Of a DNA stretch of 64,000 nt, positions 9,540 to 18,334 are shown piece after piece (positions within the stretch are counted from its first letter, which is position 1; each line of letters opens with the position of its first letter). This DNA comes from an uncultured Candidatus Rokubacteria bacterium (lineage in GTDB: Bacteria; Methylomirabilota; Methylomirabilia; Rokubacteriales; DASRDR01), in NCBI GenBank assembly GCA_963708025.1, contig CAVPSB010000013.1, forward strand, positions 256,001 to 320,000, in the 5' to 3' direction. The notes under the pieces are model-generated. The model was not told the origin of the DNA. It did not search any database and saw only the letters and a list, made by a program, of their open reading frames with translations. A program made the position numbers and the translations under genes.

Positions 9540-9844
9540 TCTTGATGGTCTATAGAAATGTCCTCCCCTAACTGTTCAGTAGAAATGTCCTCCCATGGAG
9601 ACATGGGAGACCGTCACGATGAGTCGAAAGGAGGCCCCCCGGGCTGGCCTGGTCAAGGCGGCCCTGGCCGGTCAGATCAGCCATGCCGAAGGGGCCCACG
9701 CCCTCCAGATCAGCGTCCGCCAGTTCCGCCGGCACGGCCCGCTATCGGGAGACGGGCGTCCCGGGCCTGCTGCACGGCTCACCCCTCCAGGGGGCGGACA
9801 TTCTCACTGAACAGTTACGCGGACATTTCTACTGGACAGCGACA
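9540..9844 (+). mobile_element. Internally deleted IS (IS481/ISNCY-like), MITE-like relic
   Basis: Imperfect terminal IRs with doubled AGAAATGTCC / GGACATTTCT motifs; right end ...GCGACA. Transposase N-terminal HTH fragment (METVTMSRKE...LQISVRQFRR, 9595-9810). Flanked by direct repeat GCCCTATTGCGGGGCC at 9523-9538 and 9845-9860. Confidence 0.8.
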
Positions 9845-9862
9845 GCCCTATTGCGGGGCCGG

Positions 9863-10642
9863 TCAGCGTGCGCACCGGAACCCCAGATAGCGGAGCCGGG
9901 TCTCGGGCGGCAAGTGAGTCCGGGCCGCCGTCCGGAGGTGGCGGGGGGGAAAGTTCCAGGCGCCGCCACGGATGACCCGGCTCTCCCCGGCGGGCGGCCC
10001 CGCCGGATCGGACGGCGGCGACTCCGCGTAGTAGCGCTTCCCGTACCGGTCGCGCACCCACTCCCAGACGTTGCCCGCCATGTCGTGGGCGCCGTAGGGG
10101 CTGACCCCGGCCGGATAGCTTCCCACCGAGGTCACCCGCCCGACCGCGGCCGCGCCGTTCGCCCGCTCGGCGCTCCACTCGGCCCCCCAGGGAAACCGGC
10201 GGCCGTCGGGGCCGCGGGCCGCCTTCTCCCACTCGGCCTCGGTCGGGAGCCGGCCACCGCGCCAGCGGCAGTAGGCGTCGGCCTCGAACCACGACACACC
10301 GACGACGGGCAGGTCGGGCACAGCGAAGGCAGGCTCGTCCCAGCCGGCCGGCCCAAGCGCGCCGGCCCTGAGCCGCCAGGCCGACCCCTCGGGCGTCCAG
10401 TGCCGGGGCTCGTCGTAGCCGCCCGCCTCCAGGAACGCCGCGAAGCACGCGCGCGAGACCTCGCGGGCGTCGAGGGCGAAGCCGTCCAGCGTCACCCGAT
10501 GGCGGGGCTGCTCGTCGGGCGCCGTCTCCGCCTCGTCGGGGGCCGTGCCCATCCAGAACTCGCCGGCCGGGACGCGCACCATCTCGGCGCAGCCGGGCCC
10601 CACGGCGGCCAGGCCGAGCGCGAGGAGCCCGAGCGCCGTCAC
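9863..10642 (-). CDS. Formylglycine-generating-enzyme fold (SUMF1/EgtB/PvdO family) exported protein, no catalytic Cys pair
   Basis: MVRVPAGEFWMG, PVVGVSW..A.AYC.W.G.RLPTEAEWEKAARG, DMAGNVWEW, RGGAW..GFRC; GTGA overlap with the upstream gene. Confidence 0.88.
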   Translation of the reverse strand: MTALGLLALGLAAVGPGCAEMVRVPAGEFWMGTAPDEAETAPDEQPRHRVTLDGFALDAREVSRACFAAFLEAGGYDEPRHWTPEGSAWRLRAGALGPAGWDEPAFAVPDLPVVGVSWFEADAYCRWRGGRLPTEAEWEKAARGPDGRRFPWGAEWSAERANGAAAVGRVTSVGSYPAGVSPYGAHDMAGNVWEWVRDRYGKRYYAESPPSDPAGPPAGESRVIRGGAWNFPPRHLRTAARTHLPPETRLRYLGFRCAR

Positions 10643-11070
10643 CGCGGTGCGCTGCCCTGGCGGAGCTGCTCGTTGATCTGGAAGAGGGCGCGGTAGAGCG
10701 GCACCGTCAGGCGGTCCTGGTAGAAGTAGAAGTCCTCCAGCCGGGCCTTGTAGACCGTGGGGGCGTACGGGAATCGCACCTGGCCCGCGCGGCGCGTCGC
10801 GTCGAGCGCCTCGGGTGGCGGCGGCGCGCCGGGGGCGCTCCCCACCGCGTGCTCCAGCGCCCCGCCGATCAGGAACCCGGTGAGGAGCGCCAGCTTCTCG
10901 CCCTCCCCGAGGGCCCGCCACGCGTGACCGTCCATCGCCAGGAAGCTCGGCGCCGGCTGGGCCGCGACCGGGCGATCCAGGCTGACGTTCCCCATCAGCC
11001 CGAGCCCGAGGGCGACCGCCGTGGCGAGGCGGCGAGACGGTCGGCTACTTCTTGGCCTTGGCGGTGACAC
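10639..11070 (-). CDS. Hypothetical exported protein
   Basis: Signal-like N-terminus; overlaps both neighbours in operon fashion; globular DGHAW...LEDFYFYQDR segment. Confidence 0.65.
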   Translation of the reverse strand: MSPPRPRSSRPSRRLATAVALGLGLMGNVSLDRPVAAQPAPSFLAMDGHAWRALGEGEKLALLTGFLIGGALEHAVGSAPGAPPPPEALDATRRAGQVRFPYAPTVYKARLEDFYFYQDRLTVPLYRALFQINEQLRQGSAPR

Positions 11071-11578
11071 TGGGCGCCCGGGCGTCCGGGGACACGACCA
11101 GGTAGTCCCACATGCCGGCCACCCCGTGGGCGGCGACCCCGCACCACCACAGGAACCGGCCTTCCTTGTTCGCCACGAAGTCGAAGGTGTCCGTCTCGCC
11201 CGCCATCATGCCGGGGACGAGCCGCCGGGTGAGCGCCCGCGGGAAGGCGGGCTTGCCGCCCTCGACCGGCAGCGGGGTGACCTCGTCGATGACGGCCAGG
11301 CTGTGGGGCAGGGCGCCGAGTCCCTTGTTCTGGAACTCCACCGCCACCTTCCAGCCGAGCGGCACCGTCACCGTCATGTTCCCGTTGCCGTAGCCGTTGA
11401 AGTTCATGGTGCCGTTGCTGCCGTCGGCAGCGGCCACGAAGACGAGCCGCACGAGCTGCTTGTCGGCCTCGACCGTCATCCAGGGCGGCGTGATCTGCTC
11501 GTCGGCGCGCGCGACGAGCGTCAGCCCGACGAGGCCCGCACAGAGCGGGATGAGCCCGAGTCGGCACCGCCGCTTCAT
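11045..11578 (-). CDS. Sulfocyanin (SoxE)-like type 1 blue-copper protein
   Basis: MNFNGY.NG.M.V.VPLGW.V, PHSL (His), WCGVAAHGVAGMW (Cys/His/Met ligands); signal peptide; GGAGG RBS. Confidence 0.85.
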   Translation of the reverse strand: MKRRCRLGLIPLCAGLVGLTLVARADEQITPPWMTVEADKQLVRLVFVAAADGSNGTMNFNGYGNGNMTVTVPLGWKVAVEFQNKGLGALPHSLAVIDEVTPLPVEGGKPAFPRALTRRLVPGMMAGETDTFDFVANKEGRFLWWCGVAAHGVAGMWDYLVVSPDARAPSVTAKAKK

Positions 11579-11598
11579 CCTACCTCCCGGTGGGGAAA

Positions 11599-11640
11599 CA
11601 GCGAGGGAGGTGGCTCGCCACCTCCCTCGTTCCCTCGCTG
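11599..11640. repeat. Strong intergenic inverted repeat
   Basis: CAGCGAGGGAGGTGGC-TC-GCCACCTCCCTCG(TTCCCTCGCTG), between the dehydrogenase and sulfocyanin genes. Confidence 0.6.
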
Positions 11641-11653
11641 AATGACGGCGCCG

Positions 11654-13336
11654 CTACTTCTTCGGCAGCCCGAAGACGAACACCGTGTCGCCGTACTTGA
11701 AGTTGAGCTGGAAGTTGCCGCCGGCGGCCACCGCGATGAACTGCTCCCCGTCCACCTCGTAGGAGATCGGGGCCGCGTTGACGCCGGCGCCGGTGCTGAA
11801 CCGCCACAGCTCCTTCCCGGTCTTGGCGTCGAAGGCGTAGAAGTTGCCGGTGCCGTCCCCGCCGGTGAAGACGACGCCGCCCGCGGTGACCACGGGGCCG
11901 CCGATCATCGGATCCGGCAGCTTGTTCTGCCAGGCGATCTTCCCGGTGTTGACGTCGATGGCGCTGAAGGTGCCCCACTGCTCCTCGCCGGGGATCGCCA
12001 CGAACGCGCTCCCCAGCCAGAGCTTGCCCTTCTCGTAGGGCGCCGAGTGGGTGATGTACCACATCGGCTGGTGGAGGCCCAGGACGTACGCAAGCTGGGT
12101 GTCGGGGCTGTAGGCCACCGGCGACCACTCGGCCCCGCCGTTGGCGCCGGGCAGCATCCGGACTCCGGTCGGCGTCGGCTGGGCGAACATGTTCTCCTGG
12201 GGCACGAAGGCGTCGGAGCGGCGGATCAGCTTCCCGGTCGCGCGCTCCAGGACGTAGAACCAGCCCGTCTTGCCGGCGTGGCCGACCGCCTTGACGCCGC
12301 CCGTCTCGAACAGCACCGCGGGGCTGACCGCGTCGAGGTCCCACACGTCGTGGGGCACGAACTGGTAGTGCCACTTGTAAGCCCCGGTCGTGGCGCTGAT
12401 GGCCACCATCGACTCGGTGTAGAGGTTGTCACCGGGCCGGATCTCGCCGTCCAGATCGGGCGAGGGGTTGCCCACCACGATGAAGAGCGTATCGGTGTCG
12501 GGGTCCACCGCCGGGGTCATCCAGGTCGAGCCGCCACCCCGCTGCCAGGCGTCCTTGTACTTGGCGAAGTCGGCCTTTTCCTTGTTGATCTCGCGGTTGA
12601 GCTTCTCCCCTTCCCAGGTGGTGGGGCTCCACTTCCCCTCCCAGCCGGTGTCGGGGATGGTCCAGAACCGCCAGGCCCGCTTGCCGTCGGACGCGTTGTA
12701 GGCGTCCACGAACCCGCGGACGCCGTACTCGGCCCCCGAGTTCCCCACGATGATCATGCCCTTGTAGGCCAGGGGCGCGATGGTCAGGCTGTAGCCGGCG
12801 GTCGCGTCGGCGACCTCCTGGTCCCACGCCACCTTCCCGGTCTTCTGGTCGAGGGCGATCAGGTGGGCGTCCAGGGTCGCCATGTAAACCTTGCCGTAGG
12901 CGACCGCCACGCCGCGGTTGTTGGGGCCGCAGCAGAGGATGGGGTTGCCGGCGAGCTTGTGCTCGTAGCGCCAGAGCTGCTTGCCGGTCCGGGCGTCGAC
13001 GGCGATGGCGTGGTTGTACGGGGTGGTCAGGTACATGACCCCGTCCACCACCAGCGGGGTGGTCTCGAACGACCCGATGGGACCGCTGGTCTGGTACACC
13101 CAGCGGGGCACCAGGCTCCCGACGTTCTGGGCGTTGATCTGGGTCAACGTCACGTAACGGGTATTGCTGTAGTCCTTGCCGTAGGTGAGCCAGTTCTTCG
13201 CGTCGGCCTTGGCACCGAGCAGCATCTGGTCGCTGACCTCGGTGTGGTTGACCTGGGCGAAAACGGGCGATGCGATCAGGAGGAAGAGAACGAGGACGGC
13301 GAGGCGAGGAACAAGGGTGCGGAACCCGCGGCTCAT
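11654..13336 (-). CDS. PQQ-dependent alcohol dehydrogenase family protein; Cys-Cys present, lanthanide-type D-x-D
   Basis: Signal peptide, NWLTYGKDY, CCGPNNRG, GAEYGVRG, GNPSPD, HDVWDLD, AGKTGWFY; no C-terminal heme domain. Confidence 0.92.
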   Translation of the reverse strand: MSRGFRTLVPRLAVLVLFLLIASPVFAQVNHTEVSDQMLLGAKADAKNWLTYGKDYSNTRYVTLTQINAQNVGSLVPRWVYQTSGPIGSFETTPLVVDGVMYLTTPYNHAIAVDARTGKQLWRYEHKLAGNPILCCGPNNRGVAVAYGKVYMATLDAHLIALDQKTGKVAWDQEVADATAGYSLTIAPLAYKGMIIVGNSGAEYGVRGFVDAYNASDGKRAWRFWTIPDTGWEGKWSPTTWEGEKLNREINKEKADFAKYKDAWQRGGGSTWMTPAVDPDTDTLFIVVGNPSPDLDGEIRPGDNLYTESMVAISATTGAYKWHYQFVPHDVWDLDAVSPAVLFETGGVKAVGHAGKTGWFYVLERATGKLIRRSDAFVPQENMFAQPTPTGVRMLPGANGGAEWSPVAYSPDTQLAYVLGLHQPMWYITHSAPYEKGKLWLGSAFVAIPGEEQWGTFSAIDVNTGKIAWQNKLPDPMIGGPVVTAGGVVFTGGDGTGNFYAFDAKTGKELWRFSTGAGVNAAPISYEVDGEQFIAVAAGGNFQLNFKYGDTVFVFGLPKK

Positions 13337-13542
13337 CGTGCGCCTCCGTGGCAACCGTCGTTGGCTGCCTTCCCGATTCCCGACCTGAACGGCGAGTGAT
13401 TCCCCGATCTTCCCCCTTTCCACGTCCGGCCGACCCGGTGGATTGGCGGCCCATTTAACCGCGAGGCCCGAACCCCGTCAAGCCCGGGAAGCTCCGAAGG
13501 CCCGGCCCAGGGCTGGCCGGCCCGACACCCGGCTCGGAGGCG

Positions 13543-14466
13543 CTACGGCGTCGCCCGCCGCGCTTCGGGGGTGAGCCCGGCCGGCAGCTCGAAGCTGGCG
13601 GCGTCGAGCGGCCCGTCGTCGATCCGGGTGACCTCGCCCCGGTGGCGGAACAACGTCGCCTCGAGCTGGCCCCGCGCCGGCCCGACGAGCAGGCGCTCCC
13701 AGCGCAGGACGACCCCACCGAGCTTGCGCTGCTCCGCCTCCATCAGGCGGTGCATCAGCTCGAAGACCGCGAGGACGTCGCGCCGCTGGCCGAACACCCG
13801 GAGCTGGCGCTCCTGGAGCGCGCCGCGCTCGCCGGCCAGCTCCGCCACCCGCTCCTCGACCGCCCGCAGCTCCCGCGTCGCCGGAGTGTCCGGGGCCAGG
13901 CAGAGGTCGAACGTCATCGAGAAGCGCGACGGCGCCGGCTGGACCGGCCCCCCGCCGCGGGTGCCGGCGAGGACCACCTCGCGGGAGGCCCGCAGGACGA
14001 CCCGCTCGCACTCCCGCCCGCGCACCTGCTGGCGCTCCCCGCTCCGCTCCACGGCGACGGCCAGCACGGGAGGGCCCGCGGTCGGGTCCACCTTGAGGAC
14101 CCGCTCGGCCGCCGCCAGCACGTCCTCCTGCTCCTGCCGCACCGTCGCGTAAGTCTCCTCGGTGTAGGTGCCGGCGTCGAGGTTGATCTCGTAGCGCCGC
14201 CCCCGGTCGGGCTGCTCCAGGGTCACGCGGTGACCCGGCTTCTGGTAGCGCGCGCCCCGGCGCGTCACGACGGTGCGCCCACCCTTCGCCTCCTGGCGCA
14301 GCCGGTCGCCCTTGACGCTCACGGTGACCTGCTCCTCGAGCTCGACGGTGCCGCGGATCAGGGAATCGGTGGTGTACGCCACCAGCTCATATGAGACATC
14401 GGCCCGTGCCGGGCCGGCAACGCTGAGCACGAGTCCCAGGACGCCCCCGACCAGCCGTCGTCGCAT
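13543..14466 (-). CDS. Hypothetical exported protein (possibly DUF4412-like)
   Basis: GGAGG RBS, signal peptide, V.VKGDRLRQE and GERQQVRGREC motifs, ends FELPAG. Confidence 0.6.
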   Translation of the reverse strand: MRRRLVGGVLGLVLSVAGPARADVSYELVAYTTDSLIRGTVELEEQVTVSVKGDRLRQEAKGGRTVVTRRGARYQKPGHRVTLEQPDRGRRYEINLDAGTYTEETYATVRQEQEDVLAAAERVLKVDPTAGPPVLAVAVERSGERQQVRGRECERVVLRASREVVLAGTRGGGPVQPAPSRFSMTFDLCLAPDTPATRELRAVEERVAELAGERGALQERQLRVFGQRRDVLAVFELMHRLMEAEQRKLGGVVLRWERLLVGPARGQLEATLFRHRGEVTRIDDGPLDAASFELPAGLTPEARRATP

Positions 14467-14540
14467 GTCTCCCCTCCTTCCGGTCAGCAGAAAGTGCAAG
14501 GCCACCGGACGTGGCACCCAATGTGCATGTCCATGAGGGC

Positions 14541-14798
14541 ATGGGACGGGGAGCGCCGCTCCTGGCAGCACTGGCCCTGCTCGCCGCGGTCACGGTCGAG
14601 CGACTCGACCTCTACGACCAGAGCGGGCGATTCCACGGCTACGTCCTGATCGACGAGGACAGCGGGCGCGTGGACGTGTACGACGCGCGGGCCCGCCGCC
14701 TCGGCTTCGGCCAGGTCAGCATCGCCCGCCCCACCGGCATCCTCGACTTCCTGACCGCCCGGGGCTTTCGCCTGGTCTCGCCCCGCACCCGCTTCTGA
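14541..14798 (+). CDS. Small hypothetical exported beta-rich protein
   Basis: Signal-like start; repeated DLYDQSGR / DVYDARAR..LG.G units. Confidence 0.5.
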   Translation: MGRGAPLLAALALLAAVTVERLDLYDQSGRFHGYVLIDEDSGRVDVYDARARRLGFGQVSIARPTGILDFLTARGFRLVSPRTRF

Positions 14799-14869
14799 GG
14801 CAACCCGGCGGGGCGCTCCGGAGCCTGCCCGGGGACGCAGTCCAGCGGCGCCACCCTGGCGCTGCGAGT

Positions 14870-15823
14870 CTACTCCAAGCCGATGTCCTGCTCGAACTCG
14901 CGGACCAGGGTCCAGACGCGGTCGGGATCACGCAACAGCACCTGGTGATCCGCCCCGGGAACCACCGCGAACCGCGCGTTCGGCCGTCCGCTCGCCAGCG
15001 CCCGCGTGACATCGACCGGGGCCAGGTCGTCCCGCTCGCCGTGGATGAAGAGGATCGGGCGGTCTCGGGCCCGGGCGAGGAGCCGCGAGTAGTCGGTCGC
15101 GACGAGCGTCTGGCGCAGCGTCCCCGAGACCGAGTTCCACGTGTGCTTCAGCGAGTCGAGATAGATGTCCGGCGGAAGGTCGAACAGCGGGGCGAGCCAG
15201 GGCAGCCGGAACATGGGCTCGATGTAGTGGCTGGCCCGCACCCACCACTCTCCCGTCAGCGTCCCGCGCTCCATCCGGGAGTACCGCCCGAGCCGTGTCC
15301 GCGCGTCGGCCTCGCCCCGGAACACCGGGAGCGCGATCAGGACGGCGCCGTCGAACCACTCGGGATACTGGCCCAGCATCGCCAGCGCGACGACCGCGCC
15401 GAGCGAGTGCCCCACGACCAGGGTGTGTCCGCCGTCGAAGTGCCGCTCGCGGACGAGCCTCTCCAGGGCCGTCAGGTGGTCCCGGAGATCGTAGCGGGCG
15501 CGGGGCTTCGGCGAGTCCCCGAACCCGAGAAGGTCCGGGACGAGCAACCGATGGTCGCCCAGCAGCGGCCCGACCCGGTGCGTCCAGTAGCGCGACGACG
15601 CGGCCAGCCCGTGGAGCGGGAGCATCCGCCGGGGGCCGGCGCCGAGCTCCACGAAGTGGAGCTCCGTCCTGGCCGGATCGAATGGCGGGGCGCTCGCCTC
15701 GTACAAGTACCTCCCGACGCCGACGGCGAATACCCCGCCAGCGACCAAGCCGAGCACGGCCAGGCCGCGAAGGAGCAGGCGACGGCGGCGTCGGTCGCCG
15801 GCCGCGCCGCGAGATGGGCTCAC
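14870..15823 (-). CDS. Alpha/beta hydrolase with N-terminal membrane anchor
   Basis: LHGLAAS, PDLLGFGDSPKP, GHSLG nucleophile, IHGERD, GADH. Confidence 0.85.
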   Translation of the reverse strand: MSPSRGAAGDRRRRRLLLRGLAVLGLVAGGVFAVGVGRYLYEASAPPFDPARTELHFVELGAGPRRMLPLHGLAASSRYWTHRVGPLLGDHRLLVPDLLGFGDSPKPRARYDLRDHLTALERLVRERHFDGGHTLVVGHSLGAVVALAMLGQYPEWFDGAVLIALPVFRGEADARTRLGRYSRMERGTLTGEWWVRASHYIEPMFRLPWLAPLFDLPPDIYLDSLKHTWNSVSGTLRQTLVATDYSRLLARARDRPILFIHGERDDLAPVDVTRALASGRPNARFAVVPGADHQVLLRDPDRVWTLVREFEQDIGLE

Positions 15824-16012
15824 CCGGCCGGCACCTGGCCGGGCCGGCGCCCGAACCCGGCCGCGCCGGGTCCCTCGAGCCGAAGCTGCCGCATGATCCG
15901 CCTCGCCTCCACGCGCTGTAGGGGAAGGTGTGGGCCTCTCATACGCTCATACCACAGAGCGACCCCGGGGGCATGGCGCGGACGATCGCGCGAGGTGGCC
16001 CGCGCTGACGCC

Positions 16013-16042
16013 TTGACACGCCCGGCGCTCGGCGCCTAAAGT
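16013..16042 (+). promoter_or_regulatory. Putative sigma70 promoter
   Basis: TTGACA-18 nt-TAAAGT upstream of the CxxC/CxxC small gene and the TPR gene. Confidence 0.45.
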
Positions 16043-16091
16043 CTCTGACGATCCGACGGGCCAGCCCGGATCCGCTCAGCCCGCGATCCCG

Positions 16092-16429
16092 CGCTGTCCC
16101 GGCTGCCATAGCCAGAGCGTGCGCAAGGCGGCCCTCGTCTGGGAAGCACGCAGACCACGACGCGGGCGACGACGATTGGCGGTGACGGCGGCGATCTCGC
16201 GGTGGCGGGCACCACGGCGCAGAGCACGCATCAGACCAAGCTGGCCGAGCGGAGCGGCCCGCCGGTGAAGCCGGGCTGGCCGGACGAGCTGGTGGCGCCG
16301 ATCCTGCCGGCGATCGGCCTCGTGGCTGCCGCGAACTACGCGCCCATCTGGAAGGCAGAGGTCGCGACCTGGCGGGAGCGCGCCTGGGTCTGCGGCGTGT
16401 GCGGGAAGCTCTTTCTGGTCGCCCGCTGA
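16092..16429 (+). CDS. Small membrane-associated protein with split zinc-ribbon (CPGC ... CGVC); frameshift near 16147, start not resolved
   Basis: RCPGCHSQSVRKAALVWE in one frame joins QTKLAERSGPP..hydrophobic segment..WVCGVCGKLF (ORF 16202..16429). Confidence 0.5.
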
Positions 16430-16491
16430 CCCCCTGCGCCCGCTGAGGCCACCGGCGCGAGCACCACCAGGACCGGCACGGGCGGTGCCTG

Positions 16492-17814
16492 GTGGTGGGT
16501 GCCGATGTACCGGATGGTCCGACTCGCTCACGGCTGTTCACTTCGCATCACCCAGGGAGGGTTGCCTTGGTGGCCACGACAGGCATTCGACGCTCGTATG
16601 TGCTGGCCCTGGCCCTGCTACCGTTGGTCGCGGCCGGCATGAAGAGCGATCCGCTCACCCAGCAAGCGCGGGAGGTCACCAAGTCCGTTCGGGTCAACAA
16701 GACCGTCGCCATCACGGGTGATGTCTTCTTCAATGCGAACATCGTCGCGATGGACGCCGCGACCTCCCTGACCGGCGTCGATCGGATCAAGGCGGCGGCG
16801 CGCGACATCAACCTGTCGCAGGTTGTCGTGGAGCAGTTCCCGGCCGCGCTCACGAACGCCGCCGTCTTTCCCAGCGTGGTGGCCGACGGCGCGGCCGATG
16901 CCGAGATCACGCTCGAATCAAGCCCCACCGCCGCGTACACCGATTGGATGCCGTTCAGCGTGTACAGGGATGTGTTGGCGAAGAAGATGGATGAGGAGTA
17001 CTACCCGACCAAGGCAGAGGGCACGCAGACGCCCGAAGGCCTGAAGTACCGCGCGATGTTTGAGCGACGCCCCGCCCGTGAGTTCTATTTTTACCACGAC
17101 GTTGGCGTCTACGAGGACTACTTCCAGCAGCGGCACCGTGAGTTGTCAGGCCAGGGCTTCCGATTGCTGTGGCAGCATCAGTTCATTGATGCGAGGGGTG
17201 ACACGAGATACCAGGTGACCTGGGTAAGGGACCCCACGGCACCCAGCGAAGTTCCTCGGACCGGCTCGCCCGCGGTGCAGCCTGCGCCCGAGGGGACCTC
17301 GCCCGGCACGCTCGCTGCTCGCGGGGCGGCTGCCGAGCGGGAAGCGTCGCAACTCTTGAAGGAAGGTCGGTACGCCGACGGTCTCGCCAAGGCGCGGGAG
17401 GCGCTCGCGTTGAGAGAGCAGGTGTTGGGACCCAAGCACTTGGATGTTGCCGAGAGCCTGACGACTCTGGCGGAGTTCTACCGGTCCATGGGGCAGTATG
17501 CTGACGCCGAGCGTCTGCATCGACGGGCGCTCGCGATCCGGGAGGACCTACTGAGCTCGGATCATGCGCAGGTCGCGCAGAGTCTCAACAACCTTGCGAT
17601 GCTGCGCAACGCTCAGGCAACGTACACCGAGGCGGAGACAATGCTGCTCCGGGCGTTGGATATCCTGGAACGGCTCCAGGCCACAATGCATGGTAACTAC
17701 GGACTCCAGGCCGAGATCCTCGAAAACCTCGCTACAGCGTACCGAGCTCTGGGCAAAGTAGCCGAGGCAGAGGAAGCGCGGGCAAAGGCGAATCTTCTGT
17801 GGACTCTTCGGTAG
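16492..17814 (+). CDS. TPR (kinesin-light-chain-like) repeat protein; central segment resembles bacterial tandem repeat domain; start uncertain
   Basis: REQVLGPKHLDVAESL..LA..Y...GQYADAE.L.RRAL.IRE repeats; YFQQR..EL..QGFRL...RYQVTW. Confidence 0.7.
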   Translation: MVGADVPDGPTRSRLFTSHHPGRVALVATTGIRRSYVLALALLPLVAAGMKSDPLTQQAREVTKSVRVNKTVAITGDVFFNANIVAMDAATSLTGVDRIKAAARDINLSQVVVEQFPAALTNAAVFPSVVADGAADAEITLESSPTAAYTDWMPFSVYRDVLAKKMDEEYYPTKAEGTQTPEGLKYRAMFERRPAREFYFYHDVGVYEDYFQQRHRELSGQGFRLLWQHQFIDARGDTRYQVTWVRDPTAPSEVPRTGSPAVQPAPEGTSPGTLAARGAAAEREASQLLKEGRYADGLAKAREALALREQVLGPKHLDVAESLTTLAEFYRSMGQYADAERLHRRALAIREDLLSSDHAQVAQSLNNLAMLRNAQATYTEAETMLLRALDILERLQATMHGNYGLQAEILENLATAYRALGKVAEAEEARAKANLLWTLR

Positions 17815-17937
17815 GGTCCACCAGAGATCCAGGTTGAGCGGCGGACGTCGCCGAGGGCGGTCATGGAATGCTCCGGGCGCGGGCCGGGATCGCGCGAGGT
17901 TGCGCCCGGGGCCGGGCCGGGCTAGGATACGACGACC

Positions 17938-18231
17938 ATGGTCCGGTCGGTCCATCGGTTGATCCGCGCCGGCCTCGCGGTCGGGCTCGTCCTGGCGCTC
18001 GTCGGCATCGCGGTCCACGTCGCCCACCACGCCACCGACCTCGGCAAGTCGTCCCAGTGCCCGGTGCTCGCGGCCGCTCAGCAGCTCCCGTGGTCGCAAG
18101 CGGAAACGCCGGATGTGTGGATCGCGCTCGCGGTCGCGGTCGCGCTCGCGACCGTTCTGGCCGAGTCGTGCCGCCCGGTCCGCTTTCCCCGGGTTGACCG
18201 TGGCCGCGCCCCGCCCGTCCGGCCCTCCTGA
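17938..18231 (+). CDS. DUF2946-like small membrane peptide ending in RAPP
   Basis: TM segment, HVAHH, QCPV, C-terminal RGRAPPVRPS. Confidence 0.6.
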   Translation: MVRSVHRLIRAGLAVGLVLALVGIAVHVAHHATDLGKSSQCPVLAAAQQLPWSQAETPDVWIALAVAVALATVLAESCRPVRFPRVDRGRAPPVRPS

Positions 18232-18334
18232 TCCACTTTACCGGTCGAGTCCGATACGCGCGCTCCGTCGCGCGCCGCGTGCCGCCCTGAAGCCGGCACG
18301 GCCGCGCTCCCGGAGCCCGCCGCAAGGGGAAGCC

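Noticed and set aside
9863-10642. True formylglycine-generating enzyme
   Set aside because: The catalytic Cys pair after RGG is missing and there is no sulfatase gene nearby.
6842-13336. Naming either dehydrogenase xoxF, mxaF, exaF or pedH
   Set aside because: Both are shorter and diverge at diagnostic loops (no CCDVVNRG or D.NG motif); the clade cannot be assigned without a phylogeny.
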